A stretch of 40,051 nucleotides of DNA from an uncultured Pirellulales bacterium (GTDB lineage: Bacteria > Planctomycetota > Phycisphaerae > Sedimentisphaerales > Anaerobacaceae), in NCBI GenBank assembly GCA_964597115.1, contig CAZQXE010000002.1, forward strand, positions 1 through 40,051. The letters are read 5' to 3'. A model generated the notes under the pieces. That model saw only the letters and a list, made by a program, of their open reading frames with translations, had not been told where the DNA came from and did not search any database. Of this stretch, positions 11,673-19,141 are shown piece after piece; position 1 is the stretch's first letter; each line of letters starts with the position of its first letter. The translations under genes were made by a program, and so were the position numbers.

Positions 11673-12842
11673 CTAATGTTTCAGTAGCAGCTCCAGCATC
11701 TTGCGGTCGAGTTTATGACCGTGCCAGTCTTCGTATTCTACATCGCTTCTGCCGGAATCGAGAATGCCGAATTGGCCGCGGAAATTCCATAGCGCATAGC
11801 CTATCCCATTATCCGTTAATATATCCAGGACGTCACCGAACCATGCCAGAAAGACTTTATGTGGTGTTCTTATCCAGCAGCCGCATTCGCCACAGTGCAC
11901 GCCGACGCCCTTTCGGGCAAGCTCGATCCAGGGTTCGTAGTATTTTTCGAGCCTGGCACGATCCCAGTACTCATCTGCCATCTTGCCGGGCCAGGCGGGT
12001 TCGGGGAGATTATCGACATCTTTAAATGCCCAGGGCGCTTTGTAATGGGATATGTAACCGGGGTTGTAGCCCCGGCAGCTCTGAGCGATTTTCAGGTCGA
12101 TAATTTCCGGTATCACATCGTTGCCCACATTATTTCCATCCGCAATTATCAGGTGGTTGGGATTGGCTTGGCGTATCGCCTTTGCAGCAGCCTCGGCAAC
12201 TTTACGATAGATGTCACCCGGCACAGGCCCGCGCCTGGAATGTTGATCATTCATATCTTCGCGCATGCTCGGTTCGTTCACGAGATCAAAGCTGATTTTG
12301 GATGGCGGCAGGTCTTTGTAACGTTTCGCCCACATTCCCCAGTGGAAACAGAACGCATCCAGGGCCTCCTTGTCTTTCCAAAGATTGAACGGTTCGTTAA
12401 ATCCTGCGTTAACACAGTATCCCGGTGCGCGATGAAAATTCAGACTCACATGCAGGTTGTACTTGCCGGCCATCTCTACGATGCCGTCGATATATTCAAC
12501 CGCACTTTCCTTGATCTTGTACAAATCGTCCGGCTTGATATCGCCCTGTGACGGATCATAATCAATCCATCGGGGGTAGGCCATCGGCAAACGAACAAAA
12601 TCGAAGCCCCAGTCGGACATCCAGCGAAAATCATCCTCGGTTGTATTATTTCGACCGCCCCCGCGTCCCGACCTCGGAGAGAAGTAATCCAAAAGATTAA
12701 ATCCTCTCCAGCGTGGAATAGTCGTTTGAGCAGGTTTCAGTTTTTCTGCCGCATCGACGATGTGACCTGTGAATCCCAAAGCAGCAGCGCTGGCGCCCGC
12801 CACCTTCATAAAGTCGCGGCGATTGATTCTTGATGTATTCAT
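11673..12842 (-). CDS. Glycoside hydrolase family 5 (cellulase/mannanase superfamily), Tat-exported
   Basis: 389 aa with a twin-arginine signal SRINRRDFMKVAGASAAALGF. GH5 acid/base NEP is in FDLVNEPS, and the nucleophile Glu context is GVHCGECGCW. Strong SD (GGAGG) upstream. Confidence 0.85.
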   Translation of the reverse strand: MNTSRINRRDFMKVAGASAAALGFTGHIVDAAEKLKPAQTTIPRWRGFNLLDYFSPRSGRGGGRNNTTEDDFRWMSDWGFDFVRLPMAYPRWIDYDPSQGDIKPDDLYKIKESAVEYIDGIVEMAGKYNLHVSLNFHRAPGYCVNAGFNEPFNLWKDKEALDAFCFHWGMWAKRYKDLPPSKISFDLVNEPSMREDMNDQHSRRGPVPGDIYRKVAEAAAKAIRQANPNHLIIADGNNVGNDVIPEIIDLKIAQSCRGYNPGYISHYKAPWAFKDVDNLPEPAWPGKMADEYWDRARLEKYYEPWIELARKGVGVHCGECGCWIRTPHKVFLAWFGDVLDILTDNGIGYALWNFRGQFGILDSGRSDVEYEDWHGHKLDRKMLELLLKH

Positions 12843-12941
12843 GCCTTAACCTCCGAATCGATACTAACTGAAAAAGACCCTTTCAATATATCCGACCTGA
12901 GCATGCCGGTAGGGTTTATTTAGAACTTTTCTATAATGATA

Positions 12942-14054
12942 TTACCAGTCCATTACTTTTTTGAAAAATGGTAAGAGTTCCTCGGCCATGCTTTGGTGCT
13001 CTTGTCTGTTAGGATGACCTGAGCACCCGCCTGCTTTCAAACTTGAGAAAACAAACATATGAACCTTGTTGTCATTCTCCACGTCCTGCGTGTGTTGTAA
13101 CACTGAGGAGAGATTTTTTTGTAGCTGTTCGCTTTTTTGTCCCGACAGCATAGGACTCGATAATAAACATATTTGTGCATCTGGATATCGATTTCGGATT
13201 CGTTTAACAAACCGGATATAGTCAGCTACAAATTTAGCGGAATCCAGCTCGCCTCTTTCATAACTACCGTCGCCGTCGGAGAAATCGTTCGTGCCGAGAC
13301 AGATAGAGACCAAATCGGGAACAAAGTTTCCGGCGTCCCAAATTGAGTTCGAATCCGTATTCAGATAAGTATGCTTGTAAACTTCCGGCATTGTCGGGCC
13401 GGGACTGTTCCAGTTCCGCGTCATGCCGATCCCGGAGACGGAGCTTAAAAGCCAGTCGGCATTCAATTCCTTAGCAATGAGCGGCCCGTAAGCAAGATAG
13501 GCATTATGCTGGTCGTACCATTGGGCCGAATCGCAGGGAATTTCCGATGCGTCCAGCCCCATGCCGCATGTAATCGAATCGCCGATAAACTCGATTTTTC
13601 GTTTCTGCTCATCTTTGAATAGCAGAAGCTTCGAACATAATAATCCCTTAAATTCTATATAGCCGTTTTGTGCTTCCGTGGCTTTGCATACCAGGAGCGT
13701 GTGTTTTGTATCTTTTAGATTCTCTGCTATTTTATACTGCGTTTTGTCTTTGTTGACTTTAATTCTTCTATGATACTTCCCGTCGATAACGATAGAAACG
13801 TAGTTGTGATTGTTATTGAAATTCTGGTCCTCAAGCAAAATATCACATCTGCTTGACCTGAAGTTTATCTGAATATATGCGCCTGCTCCGCTTAGCCTTG
13901 GTTTGTCCGGATTTTGAAAATCAATTCGACCGGTATATTGAATATTGAAATTGTCCGGTGTGTAAAAATTTATTAGTTCGGACTTTTTTTGCTGGCTTAC
14001 GCAGCAGGACAACTGTGTAATTAACAGGATAAAAAGTATTTTAGTTTTTTTCAT
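12942..14054 (-). CDS. SGNH/GDSL hydrolase with N-terminal beta-sandwich domain (CE2-like acetyl esterase)
   Basis: 370 aa with a signal peptide (MKKTKILFILLITQLSCC). An N-domain of about 150 aa is followed by SGNH blocks GDSITCG, GTNDFS and a C-terminal SGHPN His block. This two-domain layout is that of carbohydrate esterase family 2. Confidence 0.75.
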   Translation of the reverse strand: MKKTKILFILLITQLSCCVSQQKKSELINFYTPDNFNIQYTGRIDFQNPDKPRLSGAGAYIQINFRSSRCDILLEDQNFNNNHNYVSIVIDGKYHRRIKVNKDKTQYKIAENLKDTKHTLLVCKATEAQNGYIEFKGLLCSKLLLFKDEQKRKIEFIGDSITCGMGLDASEIPCDSAQWYDQHNAYLAYGPLIAKELNADWLLSSVSGIGMTRNWNSPGPTMPEVYKHTYLNTDSNSIWDAGNFVPDLVSICLGTNDFSDGDGSYERGELDSAKFVADYIRFVKRIRNRYPDAQICLLSSPMLSGQKSEQLQKNLSSVLQHTQDVENDNKVHMFVFSSLKAGGCSGHPNRQEHQSMAEELLPFFKKVMDW

Positions 14055-14098
14055 ATTATCTATTCTCTATATTGAAATGTTGGAAAAGGCTTTTTATG

Positions 14099-15211
14099 TC
14101 ATTTTTTCTCCGTCGTTTTTAGCGGCGGTAATCCACACGCGGCGCGGTATGGAGCTATTGCCTCGATATAAGCAGGATCGTCAAGGCTGAGCATCCGTGG
14201 ATCGTTAACGAGGGTTTGCAGTTGCTGCTGTTCGGTCCTGCGAACCATCTCGGCCCAGATTACATACAACGCCCACTTCGGTTGCATGGCCAGGACTTCC
14301 GGCGTTGGTGGTTTTCCCACTTCGCCGAGAACAAGCGGCTTTCCATCCGCTATCTTGAGCAGGTCGTTGTAATACGACTGTTTGAATTCCCCGTAACAAT
14401 CCAGCGATGCGATATCGTAGTATTCGCTGCCGGGGAAGTAGTCTTTGAAATGTCGGTCCTCGCGTTCGGGCCTGTCTACGCTCCATACCCAGATCAGGTT
14501 GTTGAGTTTGTGATGGTTCACGAGCCGGTCGAACATCTGGCGGTAGAGTGTCATTGTTCCTTGCTCTCCGCGCCTTCCGCCCCACCAAAACCAGTCGCCG
14601 TTCATCTCATGGTACGGCCGCCACAGCACGGGGACATTCGCATCCTGAAGCTGCTTGAGGTAAACTGCAATGGCATCGACCTGGGCACACCATCGCTTGT
14701 ACAACTCCGTTCCTTCTGTGAGCACATCCTTGAATTGTTCGTCCGTGAGCTGGCCCTGCACGGTTGCGAGCTTTTCCGGTTTCGGCTCATCCCGTCTCGG
14801 TCGGAATGTAACCGGTTCATCAGCCGTCGGCGGTACCGCGTGCCAGCATATTGTGATGATAGAGCCCAATTTGTGCTGCCGTATGCACTCTTTAACAATA
14901 TCCGGTCTGGCGGATGCGGCATCCTTGTCACCATCTTTGGCAAAACCCCAGTCCTGGCTGTAAACGGCCGGTGTCTTGCCGGAATGTTTGGCTGCTTCAA
15001 GGGTGGAAGTGTCCTTCGTATTCGGATAGTTGTGCTGGCCGGTCAACGTGTGCTTTCCTGAAATGCTGTACATCAGTTGCAGCAGCGCCCTGGCTTCCCG
15101 TGAAGCATTCGGTGTCACCGGCTTAACAGAGCTTTCGGAACCAAAGAGCGATGAAACACCTATGCACAATATTCCTGTAAATAACAAACAAGTGATTTTC
15201 CTGAATTTCAT
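14099..15211 (-). CDS. Glycoside hydrolase family 26 (endo-beta-1,4-mannanase-like)
   Basis: 370 aa with a signal peptide. It has the GH26 hallmark WRPYHEMNGDWFWWG (acid/base Glu) and the downstream VLGEVG nucleophile context. Strong SD upstream. Confidence 0.88.
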   Translation of the reverse strand: MKFRKITCLLFTGILCIGVSSLFGSESSVKPVTPNASREARALLQLMYSISGKHTLTGQHNYPNTKDTSTLEAAKHSGKTPAVYSQDWGFAKDGDKDAASARPDIVKECIRQHKLGSIITICWHAVPPTADEPVTFRPRRDEPKPEKLATVQGQLTDEQFKDVLTEGTELYKRWCAQVDAIAVYLKQLQDANVPVLWRPYHEMNGDWFWWGGRRGEQGTMTLYRQMFDRLVNHHKLNNLIWVWSVDRPEREDRHFKDYFPGSEYYDIASLDCYGEFKQSYYNDLLKIADGKPLVLGEVGKPPTPEVLAMQPKWALYVIWAEMVRRTEQQQLQTLVNDPRMLSLDDPAYIEAIAPYRAACGLPPLKTTEKK

Positions 15212-15270
15212 GGTATTAACTCCTTCCTTAATAAATATTTTATCGCTTTAAAAATGGATAGCTACTTTTT

Positions 15271-16602
15271 TTAATTCGCTTTTTCTTTCAGGTGCCTGAG
15301 GATTTCTATACATTCAATCATCGCTCGGCCGTTATGGTAGCCGCATTTCCAGGGGCCGGCCTTTTCACCGGGACGAGCTACACCCTCGACTGAGACACTG
15401 CCGTGCCATTCGCCATTATCCCAGTCTGCTATATATTTATCAACAAAATCGTATGTATCCTTAAATACCGACAAGTACTTCGGCTCTTCTGTCATGCGAT
15501 ACATATACAAAGAGCTGACAAGCCCTTCCGCCTGAGTCCACCAGATTTTTGTGTGCCTGTCCGCCGGCTTGTTGAACGGGCCGCTGTCGAAGAATCCACC
15601 GTTAGTTTCGTCATATCCGTACTTCAATGAATAGTCATACAGTGTTTTATAAAGATCGAGCAACGGCCAATTGGATAGACCCACAGCGTTACATGCATCC
15701 ATTAACAGCCACACATTTTCAATATCGTGACCGTATGATACCCTTGCGTACTCTGCCTCCAGTCTTGGCGTCCAGTCGCGGTTGTATTTGTCCGTGCAAG
15801 CTCCCAACGGTTTTCTCACAACAGTGTTACTCTGGATCAGAATCAACTCTATCAGGCGCTCCCGTGCGAGCGGTAATTTGCTCGCACGATAGAAGCTCGT
15901 GTAGGCCTCAAGAAGATGCAGATGGGTATTCATCAGTTTCAGGCCCGCCGGTGGCCCCATATATGATGAAGTATTCGGGGATAACAAATTCCAGTCTGTG
16001 TCGAAGGATTCGAGATATCCGCCGTATTCGTTGTCGTGGGCCTTTGCTTCGATAAGATTGAATAATTTTCTGGCGAAGTCCAGCGCCTCTTGTTTATTTG
16101 TGGCCAGATAATATTCGGATATACCATATAGTGCAAAGGCCTGCCCGTACAAATGCTTGTGAGGCTGGAGCTTTTTGTCGCCGGTGACGTTGACCTCCCA
16201 GAAGAATCCGCCGTTCTCGTGGTCCCACATCTTTTCAGTCAGGAATTTATATCCCAGGTCGGCTGCTTTTAAGTGTTCCTGTTCACCATGGCCGGCCCTT
16301 ATCAGATGCGAAAAAAACCATAGCGTACGGGCCTGGGTGACGATCATTTTTGTCCCGCCGGGTTTTCGCTCGCCTTTGGGGCCGAAGTTTATCGTATAGC
16401 CACCGTTTTCTTTATCCGGCGATTTCGAGAGCCAGAAAGACGCGATATTCTCATTCAGCATCTTTTCCAGCTTTGGGATATATGTATCTGCAAGTTCCGT
16501 ATTGTCCACACCTGCGTACAAGTATGACGAAAAGGCTGATAGTGTAAAAGTAAACGCTGCTATTGTTAAGAATTGATCTCTGCTGAGATTTATAATCCTC
16601 AT
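15271..16602 (-). CDS. AGE-family (N-acylglucosamine 2-epimerase / cellobiose 2-epimerase-like) alpha/alpha-6 barrel protein with N-terminal hydrophobic signal-like segment
   Basis: The ORF track gives 15271..16650 from a GTG start. The ATG at 16602 gives MRIINLSRDQFLTIAAFTFTLSAFSSYLYAG, a signal-peptide-like N-terminus. The body has AGE-type repeats (ENGGYTINF, HENGGFFWEV, KHLYGQAFALYGISEYY, EYGGYLESF, TNGGFFD, IWWTQAEGL). Confidence 0.75.
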   Translation of the reverse strand: MRIINLSRDQFLTIAAFTFTLSAFSSYLYAGVDNTELADTYIPKLEKMLNENIASFWLSKSPDKENGGYTINFGPKGERKPGGTKMIVTQARTLWFFSHLIRAGHGEQEHLKAADLGYKFLTEKMWDHENGGFFWEVNVTGDKKLQPHKHLYGQAFALYGISEYYLATNKQEALDFARKLFNLIEAKAHDNEYGGYLESFDTDWNLLSPNTSSYMGPPAGLKLMNTHLHLLEAYTSFYRASKLPLARERLIELILIQSNTVVRKPLGACTDKYNRDWTPRLEAEYARVSYGHDIENVWLLMDACNAVGLSNWPLLDLYKTLYDYSLKYGYDETNGGFFDSGPFNKPADRHTKIWWTQAEGLVSSLYMYRMTEEPKYLSVFKDTYDFVDKYIADWDNGEWHGSVSVEGVARPGEKAGPWKCGYHNGRAMIECIEILRHLKEKAN

Positions 16603-16867
16603 AATCTTATGCTCTGGATATATGGCCGAAATATCGTAGTCACGAGACACGGTTATTTTTGTTTATATTGATTATCTAATAGCGCGGCATAAGTTGCAAG
16701 TGTTAGCTTGTAGACGGCATGAACTTAAATGTAATCAATGTGTGTTGGTTTTTATTAGCTGGCTTAGGTATTGACAATGTAAAAGCTTATTTTTTCAAAA
16801 TAGAATCACGCTGCCCCTAAAAGAGGTCATTGGTTTTATGGATTCTGTGTCCGGAACAAATTTGGGA

Positions 16868-16896
16868 TTGACAAAGGGGTGTTGATTTTTAATAAT
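16868..16896 (+). promoter_or_regulatory. Candidate promoter for tRNA-Leu
   Basis: TTGACA (16868..16873), a 16-17 nt spacer, then TAATAAT (16890..16896), about 20 nt upstream of the tRNA 5' end. Confidence 0.4.
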
Positions 16897-16915
16897 TAGC
16901 ACCCGAACAGGTTAA

Positions 16916-16999
16916 GCCGAAGTGGCGGAACAGGCAGACGCGCGGGATTCAAAATCCCGTCCTGGCAACAGGGTGAGGGTTCGACTCCCTCCTTCGGCA
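16916..16999 (+). tRNA. tRNA-Leu (anticodon CAA), type II with long variable arm
   Basis: 84-nt cloverleaf folded by hand. Acceptor GCCGAAG/CTTCGGC with discriminator A; anticodon stem CGGGA/TCCCG with loop TTCAAAA (anticodon CAA); variable arm CCTG-GCAA-CAGG; T arm GAGGG-TTCGACT-CCCTC. CCA is not encoded. Confidence 0.93.
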
Positions 17000-17595
17000 T
17001 TGGAGGCTGGCTGGAGGATTATTTTATGTTTGGCAAGTATGTTCTATCAGCACAGAAACGCGCTTTTTGAGACCAAAAAAAAGAGCTTAAATCCGGGTTT
17101 TTTGACAGGCATGTCTCCATAGCACTTCTGCAAAAGCTTCTGAATACGTAAGTTATGTATTTGTTCATAAGTCCGACGGAGAATGGGGCTGTTCTGCAAC
17201 AATTTCCTTGACGAAGATATGTTAATTTGGTACAAGTAGATAAGCTAAATCAGTGAATATTTATGGATTTTGGCTTAATCACGTGCAAGACATCCATAGT
17301 TCCTGGGCAAATCGCCTGAGATGTATCAGGTGAGGGATTGAGCTGGATTGATATTGTCGCATTTCAAATAACAGCTCAAAATGGATTACAACATGGAGGA
17401 AGGAAAAAGCCGAGTCCATAGAGATGTCTCGTTAAGCACAGAGTTTGGTGAAGATTCTTTGTTGCTTGTTTGGAGGTTGTTCGAGACGAGTGCAGCCAGG
17501 GTGATGGTTTGCATGTATGTCGCGAGCAACGGGAGTTTTGGTTTATAGAAGAAAGCTGAGACTCTGCCTTGCTGTTTTTTCAAGTGAGGAGTATT

Positions 17596-18366
17596 GTGCG
17601 GAGACTTTGCGTACTATTTTGTCTTGTGGTATTGCTTGCTTTAGTCAGCAGTGCGTCCGCTGTGGTAGTGCCGGATGGGATTTTTCCCGAGGCCCGCTAT
17701 GAGTTCGAGGGCAGTTGTGAAGATACTACCGGCAACGGCTACGGAGGCACGCTCTTAGGCAATGCACACATCGAAAGCTGGGGCTTTATGCCGCAGAGCG
17801 GCCACCTGGCCCTGGACGGTGACGGCGATGCTGTTGAAATTCCGAGAATCGGACACGATGCCGAAACCTTTCTTAATGAATTCACGTACGCAATGTCAAT
17901 TTTTCCTACGGTGGATTTGACCGTTGAAGATAGCCTGACCGGCATTATAAACCATGACGGCTGGGACTACGGCTCTATCCACTTTGAACTCGACCAAGGT
18001 AGGCTGAATTTGGGTATTAATGGCGGCGGAGCCGATCTGGTTGGTTCGATTGTTATTGAGTCGAACGAATGGACTCACATATCAGTGACATTGTCTACGA
18101 CGGAGATGGCTCTGTATGTTAACGGCGAGCAGGACGCGTTCAGGACAATCGAGGTGCCTATCGACGTTATTCTTGGCGAGGGGCTTATCGGTGCCTGGAG
18201 AGATGACTTAGGCGGGATTCAGGATGAATTTACCGGCCTGATTGATGATGTTCGCATCTACAGCGTTGGATTCAGCTCAGAACAAGTCAGCCAAATGATA
18301 CCCGAACCGGCAACAGTACTCTTGCTGGGTCTTGGAGGCCTGGCGTTACTGCGCAGAAGATACTGA
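17596..18366 (+). CDS. LamG-like (concanavalin A-like lectin) domain protein with PEP-CTERM sorting signal
   Basis: The track ORF starts at the TTG at 17569. The GTG at 17596 is preceded by GAGGAG and gives the signal peptide (V/M)RRLCVLFCLVVLLALVSSASA. It has the LamG_3-type signature GLIDDVRIYSVGFSSEQV and the C-terminal IPEPATVLLLGLGGLALLRRRY (PEP motif, TM helix, Arg cluster). Confidence 0.85.
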   Translation: MRRLCVLFCLVVLLALVSSASAVVVPDGIFPEARYEFEGSCEDTTGNGYGGTLLGNAHIESWGFMPQSGHLALDGDGDAVEIPRIGHDAETFLNEFTYAMSIFPTVDLTVEDSLTGIINHDGWDYGSIHFELDQGRLNLGINGGGADLVGSIVIESNEWTHISVTLSTTEMALYVNGEQDAFRTIEVPIDVILGEGLIGAWRDDLGGIQDEFTGLIDDVRIYSVGFSSEQVSQMIPEPATVLLLGLGGLALLRRRY

Positions 18367-18548
18367 TTACCGGAGGAGGCATTAAACGAAATAAATGGCC
18401 AGGGGCCTGTGCCGAATGAATTCCCGTTTTGGGATAGTGTTGATTCGGTACAGGCCTCGGCTTCTTTTTGCTTCGGTTGTTTTTCCACGCTTCTTAATCC
18501 TTCCATAACTATCACCGATGCCGGATCAAGTCCTGAGTATAATGGCAT

Positions 18549-18577
18549 TTGACGAGGTTTGTCGGCTTTGGTATCCT
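18549..18577 (+). promoter_or_regulatory. Candidate promoter for the 18602 lipoprotein gene
   Basis: TTGACG (18549..18554), 17-nt spacer ending in TGG, TATCCT (18572..18577). SD AAGGTGAG lies just upstream of the 18602 ATG. Confidence 0.3.
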
Positions 18578-18601
18578 ATCGGCTGTTAAGGTGAGAATCT
18601 A

Positions 18602-19045
18602 ATGCTGTATATGAAAGAATGGACGATGAAAAAAAGCTTATTCGTTGTTGGATTGTTTTTATCGGCAGTATGCCTGACCGGTTGTAATGGTATAGTCAGC
18701 GGTAAGGCCGGGGGTGCTCCGAGAGATAAGACGATTACCAAGATAGATGCAATCGATAAATTGAAGTTTGATCGGGACAAGCGGCAGGGGTACAAAAAAA
18801 TAGCCGGTCGTGCCGGTATAAGCCCGGATGCGCAGGTTTATTTGGTTAAGACAGTGTTTGATAAGCTCACCTTCGAAAATGCAAAGGAAGAGGTACTATT
18901 GGCACTGATAAAGAATCCGGGCTTCTGCAGCTCTGGAGAGAAGGCAGTTCTGGAGAGCCTGGATAAACTGGCGTTTGAAAGTAGTAAGCAGAAAATTCTT
19001 AAGGCGTTAAGTGAGCGCAAAATGCCGAATGAAGCCGAGGGCTAA
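18602..19045 (+). CDS. Small lipoprotein with three DKLxF(D/E)xxK internal repeats (function unknown)
   Basis: 147 aa with lipobox LTGC in MKKSLFVVGLFLSAVCLTGC. Three repeats are visible: IDKLKFDRDKRQGYKKI, FDKLTFENAKEEVLLAL and LDKLAFESSKQKILKAL. Confidence 0.7.
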   Translation: MLYMKEWTMKKSLFVVGLFLSAVCLTGCNGIVSGKAGGAPRDKTITKIDAIDKLKFDRDKRQGYKKIAGRAGISPDAQVYLVKTVFDKLTFENAKEEVLLALIKNPGFCSSGEKAVLESLDKLAFESSKQKILKALSERKMPNEAEG

Positions 19046-19141
19046 ATACTTTCAGGGCCCTGCTTTTGTGAAAATACACGCCGAAGTTCTCGAAAAGATA
19101 TAAACGCTACATTTCTTTTAAGATAACACACGATTGTTTCC

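Noticed and set aside
11859-12551. 230-aa plus-strand ORF inside the GH5 gene
   Set aside because: Shadow ORF antisense to a frame carrying the Tat signal and GH5 catalytic motifs. It has no recognisable features.
14216-15061. 281-aa plus-strand ORF, and several 70-130 aa ORFs, inside the GH26 gene
   Set aside because: They lie antisense or out of frame to the GH26 frame with HEMNGDWFWWG. Their composition is typical of shadow ORFs.
16916-16999. Possible tRNA-Sec (TCA visible in the anticodon loop) because of the long variable arm
   Set aside because: With the 5-bp anticodon stem CGGGA/TCCCG, the 7-nt loop is TTCAAAA, which puts CAA at positions 34-36. The 7-bp acceptor stem, 5-bp T stem and discriminator A fit type II tRNA-Leu, not the 8/5 or 9/4 tRNA-Sec geometry.
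16922-17122. 66-aa ORF overlapping the tRNA
   Set aside because: It begins inside the tRNA-Leu cloverleaf. The tRNA fold is complete and canonical, so the ORF is coincidental.
17394-17558. 54-aa plus-strand ORF (MEEGKSRVHRDV...) in the noncoding gap after the tRNA
   Set aside because: It has no ribosome-binding site and no recognisable features, and it falls below the length at which chance ORFs are expected in this composition.
16916-18600. tRNA-flanked genomic island or integrated element
   Set aside because: I could find no integrase, no recombinase, and no direct repeat of the tRNA 3' half downstream. The downstream genes are ordinary envelope and repair genes.
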